Part shown: positions 39,850 through 51,308 of the stretch, in pieces
How positions within the stretch are numbered: the stretch's first letter is position 1
Layout of the letters: every line of letters starts with the position of its first letter
Virus record (IMG/VR): IMGVR_UViG_3300035670_000220
Location: 1-60,828 of that record
DNA from: a virus
Lineage: Duplodnaviria; Caudoviricetes
DNA length: 60,828 nt
Reading direction: 5' to 3' (one strand)
The notes under the pieces: model-generated
Databases searched by the model: none
Told to the model about the DNA's origin: nothing
Seen by the model: the letters and a program-made list of their open reading frames with translations, nothing else
Program-made: the position numbers and the translations under genes

Positions 39850-42800
39850 CTACTCGTTCCCAATGTAAGAGCCATTGATGGTGATTTTACTGGAAGTAGC
39901 CAGAGTCACTGGAGCTGTCGCTGTTAGTGGTTCATACACTCCATTTGTTCCAAGGTAGAACAAGTCAAGAATTGCCGAACCTTCTGCTGTAGCAAATCCG
40001 ACAACTTTGTAGTCGTCTGTTGCAGTTTCTAGAGTTCCAACAAAAGATACTGAAACATCTGATTCTGGCAAAACAGGAAGAGTTACTGTGTATGGGCTTG
40101 AACCAAAGTTGCTTACAGTTGCAAAAGAAATCTTTGCTCTGAAGGTTACTGCGCGTCCAATTTTTGCATAACTACCAGTTGCAATAGAACCTGTGTAGGC
40201 CAATCCCACGGACTCAACAACTGGGGTATAGCTAAAGAACGAAGCCGTTCCAGATGGACCAGTAGCACCCGTAGCACCCGTAGGACCAATCTTGTCTACA
40301 ACATCAATGACACCAGCAATGCTTGGGTCAGTTACGTCTTGATAAATAATTTGTAGAGGAGCATCCAGAGGAACTTCCCAAACAATTACTGGGTCTGGAC
40401 TTGTTGTGTTCCTACCAGAAACAGTTGAGTTGTTTGTTGTTCCTGGAACAGTGGCTGTGTTTCCTGAAGAAAGACGAAGAGCAACAGAGTTCGTGAACTG
40501 AACATTGCTTGCGTCAAAGTACATTCTCTCGCCACGAACAGCGGTAAGCGTTGGGTTGTTTCCAACAAGACCAGAAACTTGATAAACCCCGCTGTCCCCT
40601 GTTGAGGTCAAGTAGTAAATAACACCACCACGAGGACCAGTAGGACCTTGAGGACCAGTAGGACCCGGAACTATGCTGTCAGCACCTGTAGGACCAGTTG
40701 GGCCAGTTACAGATGGACCAGTTGCGCCAATAGGTCCAGTAGGACCGACGATTTGACCAACAGTGTTCCAGTTGAGTCCATCCCAGATGTACAAGTCACC
40801 GTTGTCATCAACAATGTATGCATCGTTGACTAAGTTGCCTTCAAGTGGGAGGTTTGCTGCTGTTGTTACGCTTCCGCGAACATTGATTGATGTTCCTTGC
40901 GGACCAGTCGGACCTGTAGAACCTGTTGGGCCAGTAGGTCCAGTCGGACCTGTTGGTCCCGTAGAACCAGTAGGGCCTGTTGGACCAATAAGAGCACCAG
41001 CCTCAATCCAACCGTTCTCTGCTGTGTAGATATAAATGGTGTCTTCTTCGTAAATAACGTAGAAGTCGCCAACTTCTCCTGGTGTTGCACCAGCATCAGC
41101 AATGAACTCTGCGTAAGTGTTGTAGTAGCCCTTTGCTTGAGAACCAACACCTTGAGGACCAGTAGGACCAGTGACGATTGGGCCTGTAGCACCAGTCGAA
41201 CCTGTTGGCCCTGTGGGGCCAGTATCTCCTGTAGCACCAGTGGGTCCTGTCGGACCAATCTCACCCTGCGAACCAGTTGGACCTGTTGCTCCACCAAACT
41301 CTGTTGTACCAACTTCTACCCAGAAGTCGTCATAGTAGACGAATACAGCACCATTTTCTGTATCAAACCATGTTTGACCTGGGACTGGATTTTCTGGCGG
41401 AGAACCAAAAGCTGGAATGAACTGTCCATCAGCACCAGTAGGTCCTGTTACTTGAGAATCAGCTCCTGTAGGACCAGTCGGTCCTGTAGGACCAGTAGGT
41501 CCTGTTTCGCCTTGGATACCCTGAATTCCCTGTTCACCTTGCGGTCCTGTGGGACCAGTAGAGCCAGTAGGTCCTGTTACTTGAGAATCAGCTCCTGTGG
41601 GACCAGTCGGTCCTGTAGGTCCTGTTGCACCTGTAATTCCTCGATAACCAGTTGGGCCAGTAGCACCCGTTGCACCTGTCGGACCAGTAACTGTTGAGTC
41701 TGCTCCTTGTGGTCCCGTTGGTCCTGTAGGACCGATTGGAGCAGCACCAGTCTCGACCCAAAAACCGTCGTAGTAAACGTAAACTTTTCCTGTATTGCTG
41801 TTGAACCAAGCGTCTCCGTTGTCAGGTGATGTCGGAGGTGTTGTATCAGCAATTGCAAAATTACCTAGCTCACCTTGTGAACCAGTTGGACCTGTAGAGC
41901 CCGTTGCACCAGTTGGGCCAGTGGGACCAGTTGGACCTTGAATATTTCCAACGTTGTTCCATGTCTGACCAACTTCGTCCCAGACGTAAAGGTCACCACC
42001 AATTAGGTAACCATCACCTAGATTTCCTTCAACTGGTAGTTCGCTTGGGTCATTAAAACTTCCAAGGATGGTTACACCAGTGCCTTGCTCACCCTGAATA
42101 CCCTGTGCACCAGTTGGGCCTGTGGAGCCAGTTGGTCCAGTTACACCTTGTTCACCCTGAATACCTTGTGCACCAGTTGCACCAGTAGGACCAGTTACAC
42201 CTTGCTCACCTTGTGCGCCAGTTGCACCAGTAGGGCCAACCTCACCCTGTGCACCAGTAGGACCAGTCTCACCTTGAATTCCTTGAACGCCTGTTGGGCC
42301 AACTTCACCCTGTGCACCAGTTGCGCCTGTAGGACCAGTTACACCCTGCTCACCCTGAGCACCTGTAGGTCCAATCTCGCCTTGAGCACCAGTTGCACCA
42401 GTAGGACCAGTGTTACCGAGGTTACCTTGAGGACCAGTAGCACCAGTCGGACCAGTTGGACCTTCTACTGTGCTATCGGCACCAGTAGCACCAGTTGGAC
42501 CTGTGGGGCCTAACGCACCTTGAGGACCAGTAGGGCCAGTATCTCCTTGAGGACCTGTGGCACCTGCACCAGTTGCACCTGTAGGACCTGTAGGTCCTGG
42601 AACGGTTGATGCTGCACCTGTTGGGCCTGTTACTGCTGGACCAGTTGCACCAGTTGGTCCTGTAGGGCCAGTATCACCAGTGTCACCCTTAACACCCTGA
42701 GGACCTACATCACCTGTACGAGCAAAAGTTGTGATGACATCTTCGTTGTCAGAAAACTCTGAAGCAAGACCACTTACATAAGAAACTGGAACCTTGAAAT

Positions 42801-44856
42801 AACCAGATGCTTCTGTGATTGAACCCGTAATCGCAAAAATCGCAAAGTCGTTGGAGTTAGTTTTATTGCTAACACGAACGTGTCCCTTCAGCGGGCTTGT
42901 TGAATCGTCAATCGTCCGAAGAAACTGCTGGATGTCGATGGCACCATCTGCCTCGTCATCAATAAACATAAATGTCGCTAATGGAAGCGATGAATTATTA
43001 AATCTAAGTTTTCCGCTACCTGGGTCAGAGTCTGCAACTAAATTGCTAAATGTGTAATCAAAACTTGCGCCACCGAAGTTTCCTTGTGGGCCAGTTGCAC
43101 CTGTGGCACCCGTTGCACCCGTTGCTCCTGTAGCACCCGTTGCGCCGACAGCACCAGTTGGACCTGTGGCTCCTGTATTGCCTGTTGCTCCAGTAGCACC
43201 AGTTGCACCTGTTGCTCCTTGAGCACCTGTTGCACCAGTAGGACCAGTAACTGTGCTATCCGCACCTGCAGCGCCTGTTGCACCCGTGGCACCCGTTGGG
43301 CCTGTTGCACCAGTCGGACCAGCAACTGTTGAATCGGCACCTGTTGCACCTGTAGGTCCTTGTGCACCAGTTGCGCCTGTCGCGCCCGTAGCACCCGCAG
43401 GTCCTGTAGCACCTGTAGAACCTGTTGCACCCACTGCACCTGTTGGGCCTTGGATATTTCCAACGTTGTCCCATCCAACATTGATGAGGTCCCAGACGTA
43501 GAGGTCACCGTTAACGAGATAAGCGTCCCCAGCGTCACCACTACTTGGGAGGAAGCTGGCATCGGGGAAAGAACCGAGAATTGTGACGCCAGTACCCTGA
43601 GCACCTGTCGCACCTGTGGCACCTGTTGGACCAGTGACACCTTGAGAACCTGTGGCTCCAGCGGCACCAGTGGGACCAGTTGGTCCTAGATTTCCTTGTG
43701 CGCCAGTAGGACCTGTTGGGCCAAGAGCACCAGTTGCACCTGTAGCACCTGTAATGGATGCACCTGTCGCGCCAGTTGCACCTGTAGCACCTGTGGGTCC
43801 TTGAATACCTTGAGCGCCAGTTGCGCCAGTAGCACCAGTAGCACCTGTTGCGCCTACAGCGCCATCTGCACCATCTGCACCAGCGGCACCAGTCGGACCT
43901 TGAATTCCTTGTGGACCAGTTGCACCTGTTTCGCCTGTTGCTCCAGTCGCTCCAGTTGCACCGATTGCTCCTGTGGCACCAGTTGCTCCAACTTCACCCT
44001 GAGGGCCTGTTGCACCATCTGCTCCGTCAGCACCGTCTGCACCTGCGGCTCCTGTAGGTCCAGTTGGTCCTGTATCTCCTTGGGCACCTGTAGCACCCGT
44101 TGGGCCTGTGGCTCCATCTGCACCATCTGTTCCATCTGCACCAGCAACGCCTGTTGCTCCTGTTGCACCCGTTGGGCCTGTAGGTCCTTCAATTGTTCCT
44201 ACGTTGTCCCATTCGGTGTTTACGTCGTCCCAGACATACAAGTCACCGTCAATGAGATAACCGTCGCCTGGGCTTCCAGCTCCTGGCAACTCACTTGGGT
44301 CAGCCAGAGAGCCGAGAATGGTGACAGAAGTACCCGCTGCGCCTGTGGGGCCAGTGTCACCTGTTGCACCAGTAGGACCTGTTGCGCCTGTGGGTCCGCC
44401 TGATGGGCCTGTTGGTCCTGTTGGACCTGTTGCACCTGCACCAGTTGGACCTGTTGCACCTTGGGGTCCGACTGGACCACGAAGAACATCAGTGCCTGCT
44501 GGGGAGGTGGTGATTCTGTCTACAGTGTCAAGCTTTGTGATGTCAACGTCACTACCGTCACCCTGAGGGAGATAGAAACGGAATTCGATATTTCTGCGAC
44601 CAGCAATACGAACTTTTGCAGTCCAGTACCAGCCTCTAGGGCTTAGGTCTAAATCATCTGTACAAGGAAGGGTTGCTGTGAATTCGCCATTTGCGTCCAA
44701 AGTTTTTACAATTGGACTGGCAACTACAGTGGCGTCGTTTGCATCCTCAATTCGACTTGAGGGGGTGAATGTAATGGTTCCGCTAGCGGGTGCGCCACTA
44801 CTCTTAAGATACTGACCAACAACATCTCTTGTGTTTACGTCAGGAGAAAAACTCAT
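39850..44856 (-). CDS. Giant collagen-like fibre / minor tail protein (~1670 aa)
   Basis: Actinophage-type N-terminal domain (GTITFTPS...[12 protein letters not shown]), very long GXT runs interrupted by repeated globular modules; ATG 44856 has a GGAG SD. Confidence 0.85.
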   Translation of the reverse strand: MSFSPDVNTRDVVGQYLKSSGAPASGTITFTPSSRIEDANDATVVASPIVKTLDANGEFTATLPCTDDLDLSPRGWYWTAKVRIAGRRNIEFRFYLPQGDGSDVDITKLDTVDRITTSPAGTDVLRGPVGPQGATGPTGAGATGPTGPTGPSGGPTGATGPTGATGDTGPTGAAGTSVTILGSLADPSELPGAGSPGDGYLIDGDLYVWDDVNTEWDNVGTIEGPTGPTGATGATGVAGADGTDGADGATGPTGATGAQGDTGPTGPTGAAGADGADGADGATGPQGEVGATGATGAIGATGATGATGETGATGPQGIQGPTGAAGADGADGAVGATGATGATGATGAQGIQGPTGATGATGATGASITGATGATGALGPTGPTGAQGNLGPTGPTGAAGATGSQGVTGPTGATGATGAQGTGVTILGSFPDASFLPSSGDAGDAYLVNGDLYVWDLINVGWDNVGNIQGPTGAVGATGSTGATGPAGATGATGATGAQGPTGATGADSTVAGPTGATGPTGATGATGAAGADSTVTGPTGATGAQGATGATGATGATGNTGATGPTGAVGATGATGATGATGATGATGPQGNFGGASFDYTFSNLVADSDPGSGKLRFNNSSLPLATFMFIDDEADGAIDIQQFLRTIDDSTSPLKGHVRVSNKTNSNDFAIFAITGSITEASGYFKVPVSYVSGLASEFSDNEDVITTFARTGDVGPQGVKGDTGDTGPTGPTGATGPAVTGPTGAASTVPGPTGPTGATGAGATGPQGDTGPTGPQGALGPTGPTGATGADSTVEGPTGPTGATGPQGNLGNTGPTGATGAQGEIGPTGAQGEQGVTGPTGATGAQGEVGPTGVQGIQGETGPTGAQGEVGPTGATGAQGEQGVTGPTGATGAQGIQGEQGVTGPTGSTGPTGAQGIQGEQGTGVTILGSFNDPSELPVEGNLGDGYLIGGDLYVWDEVGQTWNNVGNIQGPTGPTGPTGATGSTGPTGSQGELGNFAIADTTPPTSPDNGDAWFNSNTGKVYVYYDGFWVETGAAPIGPTGPTGPQGADSTVTGPTGATGATGPTGYRGITGATGPTGPTGPTGADSQVTGPTGSTGPTGPQGEQGIQGIQGETGPTGPTGPTGPTGADSQVTGPTGADGQFIPAFGSPPENPVPGQTWFDTENGAVFVYYDDFWVEVGTTEFGGATGPTGSQGEIGPTGPTGATGDTGPTGPTGSTGATGPIVTGPTGPQGVGSQAKGYYNTYAEFIADAGATPGEVGDFYVIYEEDTIYIYTAENGWIEAGALIGPTGPTGSTGPTGPTGPTGPTGSTGPTGPQGTSINVRGSVTTAANLPLEGNLVNDAYIVDDNGDLYIWDGLNWNTVGQIVGPTGPIGATGPSVTGPTGPTGADSIVPGPTGPQGPTGPRGGVIYYLTSTGDSGVYQVSGLVGNNPTLTAVRGERMYFDASNVQFTNSVALRLSSGNTATVPGTTNNSTVSGRNTTSPDPVIVWEVPLDAPLQIIYQDVTDPSIAGVIDVVDKIGPTGATGATGPSGTASFFSYTPVVESVGLAYTGSIATGSYAKIGRAVTFRAKISFATVSNFGSSPYTVTLPVLPESDVSVSFVGTLETATDDYKVVGFATAEGSAILDLFYLGTNGVYEPLTATAPVTLATSSKITINGSYIGNE

Positions 44857-44961
44857 CGGCGGCACTCCAAGTCTAAGTGGCGTTTATATGAAGACTGCAC
44901 AGGCAACAGCCTTCGGAACCGTTTATATTCTACGCCGTATTCAGGAGGGCTACTTAGAAAT

Positions 44962-46170
44962 TTACGAGGCCCGTGTTCCTGACAGGATGCTGATGTCCCG
45001 CCTTGGATTGTAATCACCACCTATAACCATTGTTAGGACACCGGGTGGAGACTCCAATCCGTGCCTGTCTCGATACCACGCGCTGCCGGGGTCAGTCGTA
45101 GGTGCTTGAGCCCAAAACCTAGGACCGATGTCCATGCATTTGTAAGAGTGATAGTGCCCCGAAAGCCACACATCACACATCCCAAGAGCAGTCTGACCAG
45201 CAGATTGTTCTTGTAGGTATTTCAAAACATTTGTTCCCGTTTGATGACCATGGAAAAGGCCAAGCATGGTTCCACAAACATCTAGAGCAAGTGTTTGGTG
45301 GGACTTTTCGGGGAATCTAAACTCAACATGACCAAGATTTTCATTCTCAGCACAAGCGTCTTGAACTGCACTAGCAATTTCAACATTCCAGCCGTCAGCT
45401 GGGTCTGCAGAAACCTGCCTAGTAACCTCATCATGGTTTCCATTGACTACGGGAACGATTATTCGGTCACAAATCGGAGCAAATGCTTTAATTTGGGCAA
45501 GAAGAAGCCTTCGAGCCACTCGTGTTTGCTCAGTTAGACCTAGGTCTGAAGCCGCAAGACCCTGCAGTTTTCCGTTTTGAGAAACGTTTCCTTCTACATG
45601 GTCACCCGGCAGAGCAATAACGACCGTCCCAATACTTCTACCAATTTTTCGCAGCTCTTTTAGGCGCTCTACTGCTTGTCCCGTAATGTCTAAAAGTCTT
45701 TCGACCGTATCTTGAGTCCCAGAATCTCCCTGCTTTTTACCAATCTGCTGGTCACTGGGTGCAAAGACAAAAGCGAGCTCTCCAGTCTCTTTTTTCTGAG
45801 ACTTGGTTGGTCGCCATTTGGAAACTTCTTCCAAAAGTTGTTCTAAATCAAAATCTCTAGTCTGGGCATGATTTTCTAGAGGTTTTAGTGTGGCTCGAAA
45901 TGCTTCTAACCACTCCCCAGCGTGATTTTGCCATCGTGATTTACGCAAAGATGTAATAGACCAAGAAAGCGGGTCTAAATCAAATTCCTTCATCAAATCT
46001 TCGCCATCAGGAATTTCTCCTGCTGGGCGTGGGGTTGAAACTAAAAACCCTCCATCGCTATCAACCTCCAAACGAGGTCTCCACGATTCTGGGATATTCA
46101 TTGATTTAACATCAGAACCGCTAGGCCCTGGGGAAATCAAAGCTGCCAAACGGTCTGTTAGTTCTGACAT
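44962..46170 (-). CDS. Calcineurin-like metallophosphoesterase / nuclease
   Basis: SDQQ, GDHVEG, GNHDE, HGH and GHYH motifs. Confidence 0.85.
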   Translation of the reverse strand: MSELTDRLAALISPGPSGSDVKSMNIPESWRPRLEVDSDGGFLVSTPRPAGEIPDGEDLMKEFDLDPLSWSITSLRKSRWQNHAGEWLEAFRATLKPLENHAQTRDFDLEQLLEEVSKWRPTKSQKKETGELAFVFAPSDQQIGKKQGDSGTQDTVERLLDITGQAVERLKELRKIGRSIGTVVIALPGDHVEGNVSQNGKLQGLAASDLGLTEQTRVARRLLLAQIKAFAPICDRIIVPVVNGNHDEVTRQVSADPADGWNVEIASAVQDACAENENLGHVEFRFPEKSHQTLALDVCGTMLGLFHGHQTGTNVLKYLQEQSAGQTALGMCDVWLSGHYHSYKCMDIGPRFWAQAPTTDPGSAWYRDRHGLESPPGVLTMVIGGDYNPRRDISILSGTRAS

Positions 46171-46463
46171 TACGGCTCCTTGCGGATTATTTCTTGTCGT
46201 ATGTCACTGTTTTTTCCAACAAAACATCTGCACTGTTTTCTCCTGTGCAGGGCGACTGAGGAGTACGCGATGTCATGCCCCTCACTCAGTAAAATTTCGT
46301 GAAGCTGCCTGTTTGATACAACTCCTGTTTTTGGCGCTGAAGAGAGGACTAATTCAAGAGCCTCCCTATCGTCTCCCTGCAAAACTGACAACACCTTTGC
46401 TATTCCGCAAGGGAGCCCCGGCTCACTTCTTTTCGTTTGCGTTAGCTTCTCTGCTAGGCTCAT
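46170..46463 (-). CDS. Small Cys/His protein coupled to the metallophosphoesterase
   Basis: PCG...HRRKQCRC; TAATG overlap with the next gene. Confidence 0.75.
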   Translation of the reverse strand: MSLAEKLTQTKRSEPGLPCGIAKVLSVLQGDDREALELVLSSAPKTGVVSNRQLHEILLSEGHDIAYSSVALHRRKQCRCFVGKNSDIRQEIIRKEP

Positions 46464-46656
46464 AGTTCCCTCCAGTTCCCTATAACCTAAGTTAGTAGAG
46501 ACCTTGCAAGCAAGGTTTTCTGCTACCTCATTAGCAAGATTAGCACTTAGATGTGCGGGTGTGGGGGATACCTGAGGGTTTATAGCGTTGGGCGTGTCGC
46601 CAAAAAAGTGCCCGAAAACTTATCAAGAAAAGGTATAAAACCTTCCAACCAAGTTA

Positions 46657-47091
46657 TTATTTCTTAGAACGGCCTCTTCGAGAGGGTGAAGCCATGGTTT
46701 CGTGTATTTCCGTCGAGCCCGTCGTTTCGTTGAGGAATCGGATGAGAAGCTCGTTCGACTCACTAACGGTCTTCTGAAGTTTGTCTGTTTTCTTGTTGAG
46801 AGAGCACATCTCTGTCTCTAGAACCTGAGTCCTTCTGGCAACATCTGCCAGACTTAAACCTCCGTTGGCGTGGGGTTGGATTGGCTCAGTTGCAATCTCA
46901 ATCTCTTCCCGCATCATTTTTCGCATGAGCTTCATCCACCACTTAGTAAGTCCGTAGGTAGCTCCTGTCAAGGCGATAAGAAAGCCGAGGATTGCTGAGA
47001 CATCGCCAACGTCCAAAAGGCCGGGGGTACCTGGTTCCCACCAGTTAGTCGCTGCAAGTAGTACACTTGCCCCGTTGACGCTCAGAGACAT
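46657..47091 (-). CDS. Membrane protein (one predicted TM helix plus coiled coil), possible holin-like protein
   Basis: Hydrophobic segment VSAILGFLIALTGATYGL followed by basic residues; PHANGGLSLAD motif. Confidence 0.6.
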   Translation of the reverse strand: MSLSVNGASVLLAATNWWEPGTPGLLDVGDVSAILGFLIALTGATYGLTKWWMKLMRKMMREEIEIATEPIQPHANGGLSLADVARRTQVLETEMCSLNKKTDKLQKTVSESNELLIRFLNETTGSTEIHETMASPSRRGRSKK

Positions 47092-47238
47092 AACCAACTC
47101 CTGAATCTTTAGTTGCTTGGTTGTCTCTACGGATAGATGGGTCTAGTTTATAACAAACTAGGTTCGGCTAGTCTTTCAACAGAAGTGGTAGATAGGTGTA
47201 TATTTTTTCTATCACCAGCATAAAACGTCGAAGGGCTC

Positions 47239-47267
47239 TTGACCGACCCCATAAAACGATGTAACTT
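47239..47267 (+). promoter_or_regulatory. Promoter for the primase-helicase
   Basis: TTGACC-N17-TAACTT upstream of the GGAGG SD. Confidence 0.6.
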
Positions 47268-47293
47268 TGGTTTTCTAGAATTTTGGAGGGACA

Positions 47294-49891
47294 ATGACCA
47301 ACGACGAGACAAGTAGACTGGCTAAAGCTGCTGCCTTCTACTCAAGTCTTGGTTGGAGTGTCCTCCCGTGCCACGGAATTGTTGGCGGTCGTTGTACATG
47401 CAACAGGCCACATGGTGAACCTAAAGAAGTTGGCAAGCACCCCGCCCTCAACGAGTGGAACATTCAATCCACAAACGACATAGAGGTTATTACAAAGTGG
47501 TGGCGGGATAACCCAGCGTACAACGTTGGTGTCCACTGTTCTAAGTCTGGGTTTTTTGTAATCGACATTGACCCTCGTTCTGGTGGTCCAGAATCTTTTG
47601 CAAAGTTTGAAGAGTTGGTTGAAGGCGCACTGCCTCCCACTATCGAAGCAATCACTGGCACTTACACATCTGACAACGGCAAAGCACTTCGCGGTCGTCA
47701 CATCTTCTACCGATGCGATGACTCAGAAGGTTTAGTTGGCAATCTTTCCAAGATGGGCCTTAAGGGCATAGACATCAAACACAACGGATATGTGCTGACT
47801 GCCCCAAGCAAGCACTTCTCTGGTGTTGACTACGAATGGGTTCTGGGTAAAGAACCGTGGAACATTGAAATTGCTCAAGCTCCTGAAGAACTTCTTGCTG
47901 CTTTGCGTAAGCGAGCGAAGAGAAGCAACTACTCTCTTGGTGACGGAACTTGGGATTGGCTTGAGTCTGAACCAACAGTTGATGTCAGCAAAATTTTTGA
48001 AGAGGGTATTGATGAAGGCTCTCGTGCTGTAGACATTTACAAAGCTGCTTGCTCTCTGGCGAACAAGTACGGCACCGACGATGTGTCTCGTCAAATGATT
48101 GAAACAATGATGATTCGTTTCAATGCTGAAAAAGTTCGTCCACCACTTGAACTTGAAGGACCAGGTGGGCTTCTTATGCACGTTCACCGTGCTATTGACT
48201 TTGTTGCTGGTAATCCGAAAATTGGATTGATGAGTCCAGAAACTGCTGAGTGGATGAAGAAGCAGGGAAAGCGTCTTACGGAAAACACTCAATCTACCCA
48301 ACCAAAAGCTTTTACTGGAGTTGTTGCTCCAACACAAGGGCAAGGTGCTCTTCCTGCTTGGGGTAGAGAAGCTGTTCTTGCATCCATCGAAGATGGTGAC
48401 TCAATCGACAAGGCAGCGTCCATCTCCAACATGGACATTCCAAAAGACCCAGACGCGCTAGACCCACAGGATGGTGGAGACCAGAGAAGGCGTTCGCTTT
48501 CTGATACTGGTAACGGTCGTCGTCTTGTAGATGTTTTTGGTGCTGGTATCCGATACACAACTGGTCTTGGTTGGTTTGTGTGGAAAGAGGGTTACTGGAA
48601 ACCAGACCGCGAAGATTTGGAAGTACAGGAACTTACAAAGAGAATTCCACCAATCATCTCTTCCGATGTGAGTAGCTATCCAGAATCACAACAAAGCGAT
48701 GTGATTTCTTGGGCTCACTCTTCTCGTTCTAATTCTCGTCTTCGTGGCGCTATCGAAAGCGCAAAGTCAGACCCTCGTGTAGAAGTCGCGGTTGATAAGT
48801 GGGACAACGACGAAAACCTTCTCGGTGTTCTCAATGGTGTAATTGACTTGAAAACTGGAGAGTTGCTCAAGGGAAGACCAGACCTCTACATCACTCGTCG
48901 TGCACCAGTTACATACACAGCTGGTCACACCAACAAGAAGTGGGATGAGTTTCTTGACTTTGCAACTGGTGGAGACGTTGAATACAAAAACTGGCTGCAA
49001 AGGGCTGCTGGCTATTCACTAACTGGTTCTTCAAAGTACGACATTCTCTTCTTGGTATACGGACCTGCTGGTTCTGGTAAGAACACGTTTGTTGAGGCTT
49101 TAGTCAAGTGCCTTGGAACTCAGCAGTATGCGTGGCCTCTTGACTCAAGCATTCTTGCTCAAGGGGATGGAACCTCAAGCAGCACTGACCTTTATCACTG
49201 GGCAGAGCTTCGTGGTCGTCGTGTTGTTTGGGTTGACGAACTTCCAGAAACTGAGCGAGTAAAAGAAAACGCTGTAAAGAAGTTGACTGGTTCTTCTGAA
49301 ATTTCTGCACGTTCTCCCGGTGAGAAGCCATTTACTTTTGCATCTCAAGCAAAGCTTTGGATTTCAACTAACCACCGACCCATCATCACCGACGATGCAA
49401 TGTGGCGTCGTATTCGTCCTATTCCGTTCCTCCGTGTTCCAACAACACCAGACCCAGAGTTGAAGGAATATATCTTTGACCCAGAAGGTGCACTCCCAGC
49501 CGTTCTTGCTTGGGCTGTTGAAGGAGCGATGAAGATTCTTAACAGCAACGAGAGAGACCCTCTTGGTTGGTGCACAAAGGTTTCAGAAGCCGCAGATGTC
49601 TATCGAAAGAACGAAGACCGTATCGGAATCTTCTTGGATGAAGAAACTGAGGTCTCTAAAGGCTCAGAAACACCAGTCAAATCTCTCTATGGTGTCTACA
49701 GACGATGGTCAGAAGATAGAGGCGAGAAGGCTATGACTCAGATTGCTTTCCACAGAAAACTTGTTGATAGAAGTTTGGAAGTAGAAGGTCTTGGTTCAAA
49801 GGCTGTCGTCAAAGACATGCTGTTGATACCGAGAGTATTGTCAACTCCTACGGACGTTGACTGGAGTGTTGTCACCAGAATTGCACGTTAG
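47294..49891 (+). CDS. Bifunctional prim-pol primase fused to a D5/P4-type SF3 helicase
   Basis: GWSVLPC...GKHP...NVG...VIDID...GRHIFY prim-pol motifs; D5_N-like region; GPAGSGKN Walker A, VDE, KKLTG, TNH.P. Confidence 0.93.
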   Translation: MTNDETSRLAKAAAFYSSLGWSVLPCHGIVGGRCTCNRPHGEPKEVGKHPALNEWNIQSTNDIEVITKWWRDNPAYNVGVHCSKSGFFVIDIDPRSGGPESFAKFEELVEGALPPTIEAITGTYTSDNGKALRGRHIFYRCDDSEGLVGNLSKMGLKGIDIKHNGYVLTAPSKHFSGVDYEWVLGKEPWNIEIAQAPEELLAALRKRAKRSNYSLGDGTWDWLESEPTVDVSKIFEEGIDEGSRAVDIYKAACSLANKYGTDDVSRQMIETMMIRFNAEKVRPPLELEGPGGLLMHVHRAIDFVAGNPKIGLMSPETAEWMKKQGKRLTENTQSTQPKAFTGVVAPTQGQGALPAWGREAVLASIEDGDSIDKAASISNMDIPKDPDALDPQDGGDQRRRSLSDTGNGRRLVDVFGAGIRYTTGLGWFVWKEGYWKPDREDLEVQELTKRIPPIISSDVSSYPESQQSDVISWAHSSRSNSRLRGAIESAKSDPRVEVAVDKWDNDENLLGVLNGVIDLKTGELLKGRPDLYITRRAPVTYTAGHTNKKWDEFLDFATGGDVEYKNWLQRAAGYSLTGSSKYDILFLVYGPAGSGKNTFVEALVKCLGTQQYAWPLDSSILAQGDGTSSSTDLYHWAELRGRRVVWVDELPETERVKENAVKKLTGSSEISARSPGEKPFTFASQAKLWISTNHRPIITDDAMWRRIRPIPFLRVPTTPDPELKEYIFDPEGALPAVLAWAVEGAMKILNSNERDPLGWCTKVSEAADVYRKNEDRIGIFLDEETEVSKGSETPVKSLYGVYRRWSEDRGEKAMTQIAFHRKLVDRSLEVEGLGSKAVVKDMLLIPRVLSTPTDVDWSVVTRIAR

Positions 49892-51297
49892 CGAGGAGTA
49901 AACACTCTTCCGCCTCCACCAAAGTTTCTTGGGTTAGGAAGCCTTCTAGCTGCTGGCGATTTAGCGGTAAGACGACCACCTACAAACCCTGCTGGTGGTT
50001 TGATTAGCAATGCAGTCATTGCGTGAACCAGAGCATCTACTCGGTCTGGCGAGTTCTTTGTTTCTCCTGGAATCCATGCTGTCATCTGAGACTCAAGGTC
50101 TGGCAGATAACCAATGTGGTGTACTCGCTCTTGCTCATAGGCAAGAACAACTGGTTCTGCTCGAAGAGCCTTGCCATGTTTTGAATGAACTTCTAAAACT
50201 TTGATAGCTGGGTCAATCGCATTGATGGCGTTACGAACAAGTGCGCCACCTTGGTTTACTTCAGCAATAACTGGAGCTCCCCAACGTCTAGCCATCTCAA
50301 CAACTTTGTTAGCCCACACTTCTGGTGAGCCGTGAATGGTTGCGTCTTCAAGAACCCAAGCGTGTCTCTTGTAAAGGTCTCGGTCTGCTGTGGAAGCACA
50401 AACCACAATTCCGCACTCGTCTCGTGGGTTCTCTGCAACTGAGGGGTCAACTCCGATACAACGAAGTGGGGCAGATGGGGGAAGAGCTCCTTGTCGAGCC
50501 TTTTCAATCATTTCAATAGTCCAGAGAGCGCCCTCAACGTCGTCAAGCATCTCACCGTAAAGTTCTTGAGCAGCAAGTCTTGTTCCCTGATACACACCAG
50601 TGATTGCTTGGAGATACGCCTCGGACAAGTTTCCAGCGTTGTCAAGTGTCGAACCTTTAGATATAACAACACGACCTGATTTTGCTTCTTCAATAAGTTG
50701 ATAAAGAATTGGAACTCGTTTTGGTGTCGTGGTCGCAATAATTTGTGGATGTGAGCCCAAACGACAAGCAACTCGCAAGTTGTCCCAAGATGTCATACCT
50801 GCAGCATCGGGAGTTTGACGCCAAGCAGCAAGCTCGTCAGCCCATGCGTAATGACACTGAGGACCACGAAGACCATCGGGTTCGTCAGCAGTAAAAAGGG
50901 TTGCCGTGTTTCCGTTGGGCCAAGTCAGACGGCGCTTTGATGGCTCATAGTGTGGTTTCTCGGAGGGTGGGGAGACATTCATAATCCCCGACTCACCTTC
51001 AACAATAACGTCACGAACGTCAGCGGCAGTACGAGCCACTAAAGCAAAGCGAAGTTGACCTTGGGAAGTGTCTTTTGCTTTCTCTCTAACCCACTCAGCA
51101 GCACTTCTTGTTTTGCCAGAACCACGACCAGCAAGATAAAGCCAGATAGACCAGTCGGTTCCATCAGGTGGACGTTGTTCGGGACGGGCCCAAGAAGACC
51201 AGTCCCAAACAAGCGTGTCCATATCAATGTCGGCTAATACAGCCTGACGTTCTTCTTCGGGCAAGAGAGCAATCTGCTCCATCAAACTCTTACCCAT
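49888..51297 (-). CDS. terL: Terminase large subunit
   Basis: AGRGSGKT Walker A, LRGPQ..AWADE Walker B, TTTP, nuclease motifs GVDP, EVNQGG and SPDRVDA. Confidence 0.93.
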   Translation of the reverse strand: MGKSLMEQIALLPEEERQAVLADIDMDTLVWDWSSWARPEQRPPDGTDWSIWLYLAGRGSGKTRSAAEWVREKAKDTSQGQLRFALVARTAADVRDVIVEGESGIMNVSPPSEKPHYEPSKRRLTWPNGNTATLFTADEPDGLRGPQCHYAWADELAAWRQTPDAAGMTSWDNLRVACRLGSHPQIIATTTPKRVPILYQLIEEAKSGRVVISKGSTLDNAGNLSEAYLQAITGVYQGTRLAAQELYGEMLDDVEGALWTIEMIEKARQGALPPSAPLRCIGVDPSVAENPRDECGIVVCASTADRDLYKRHAWVLEDATIHGSPEVWANKVVEMARRWGAPVIAEVNQGGALVRNAINAIDPAIKVLEVHSKHGKALRAEPVVLAYEQERVHHIGYLPDLESQMTAWIPGETKNSPDRVDALVHAMTALLIKPPAGFVGGRLTAKSPAARRLPNPRNFGGGGRVFTPR

Positions 51298-51308
51298 AAA
51301 AACCGCCT

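Noticed and set aside
46494-46524. Hairpin as a terminator
   Set aside because: Its G-U pairs favour the plus strand while the flanking genes are minus-strand, and there is no U-tract.
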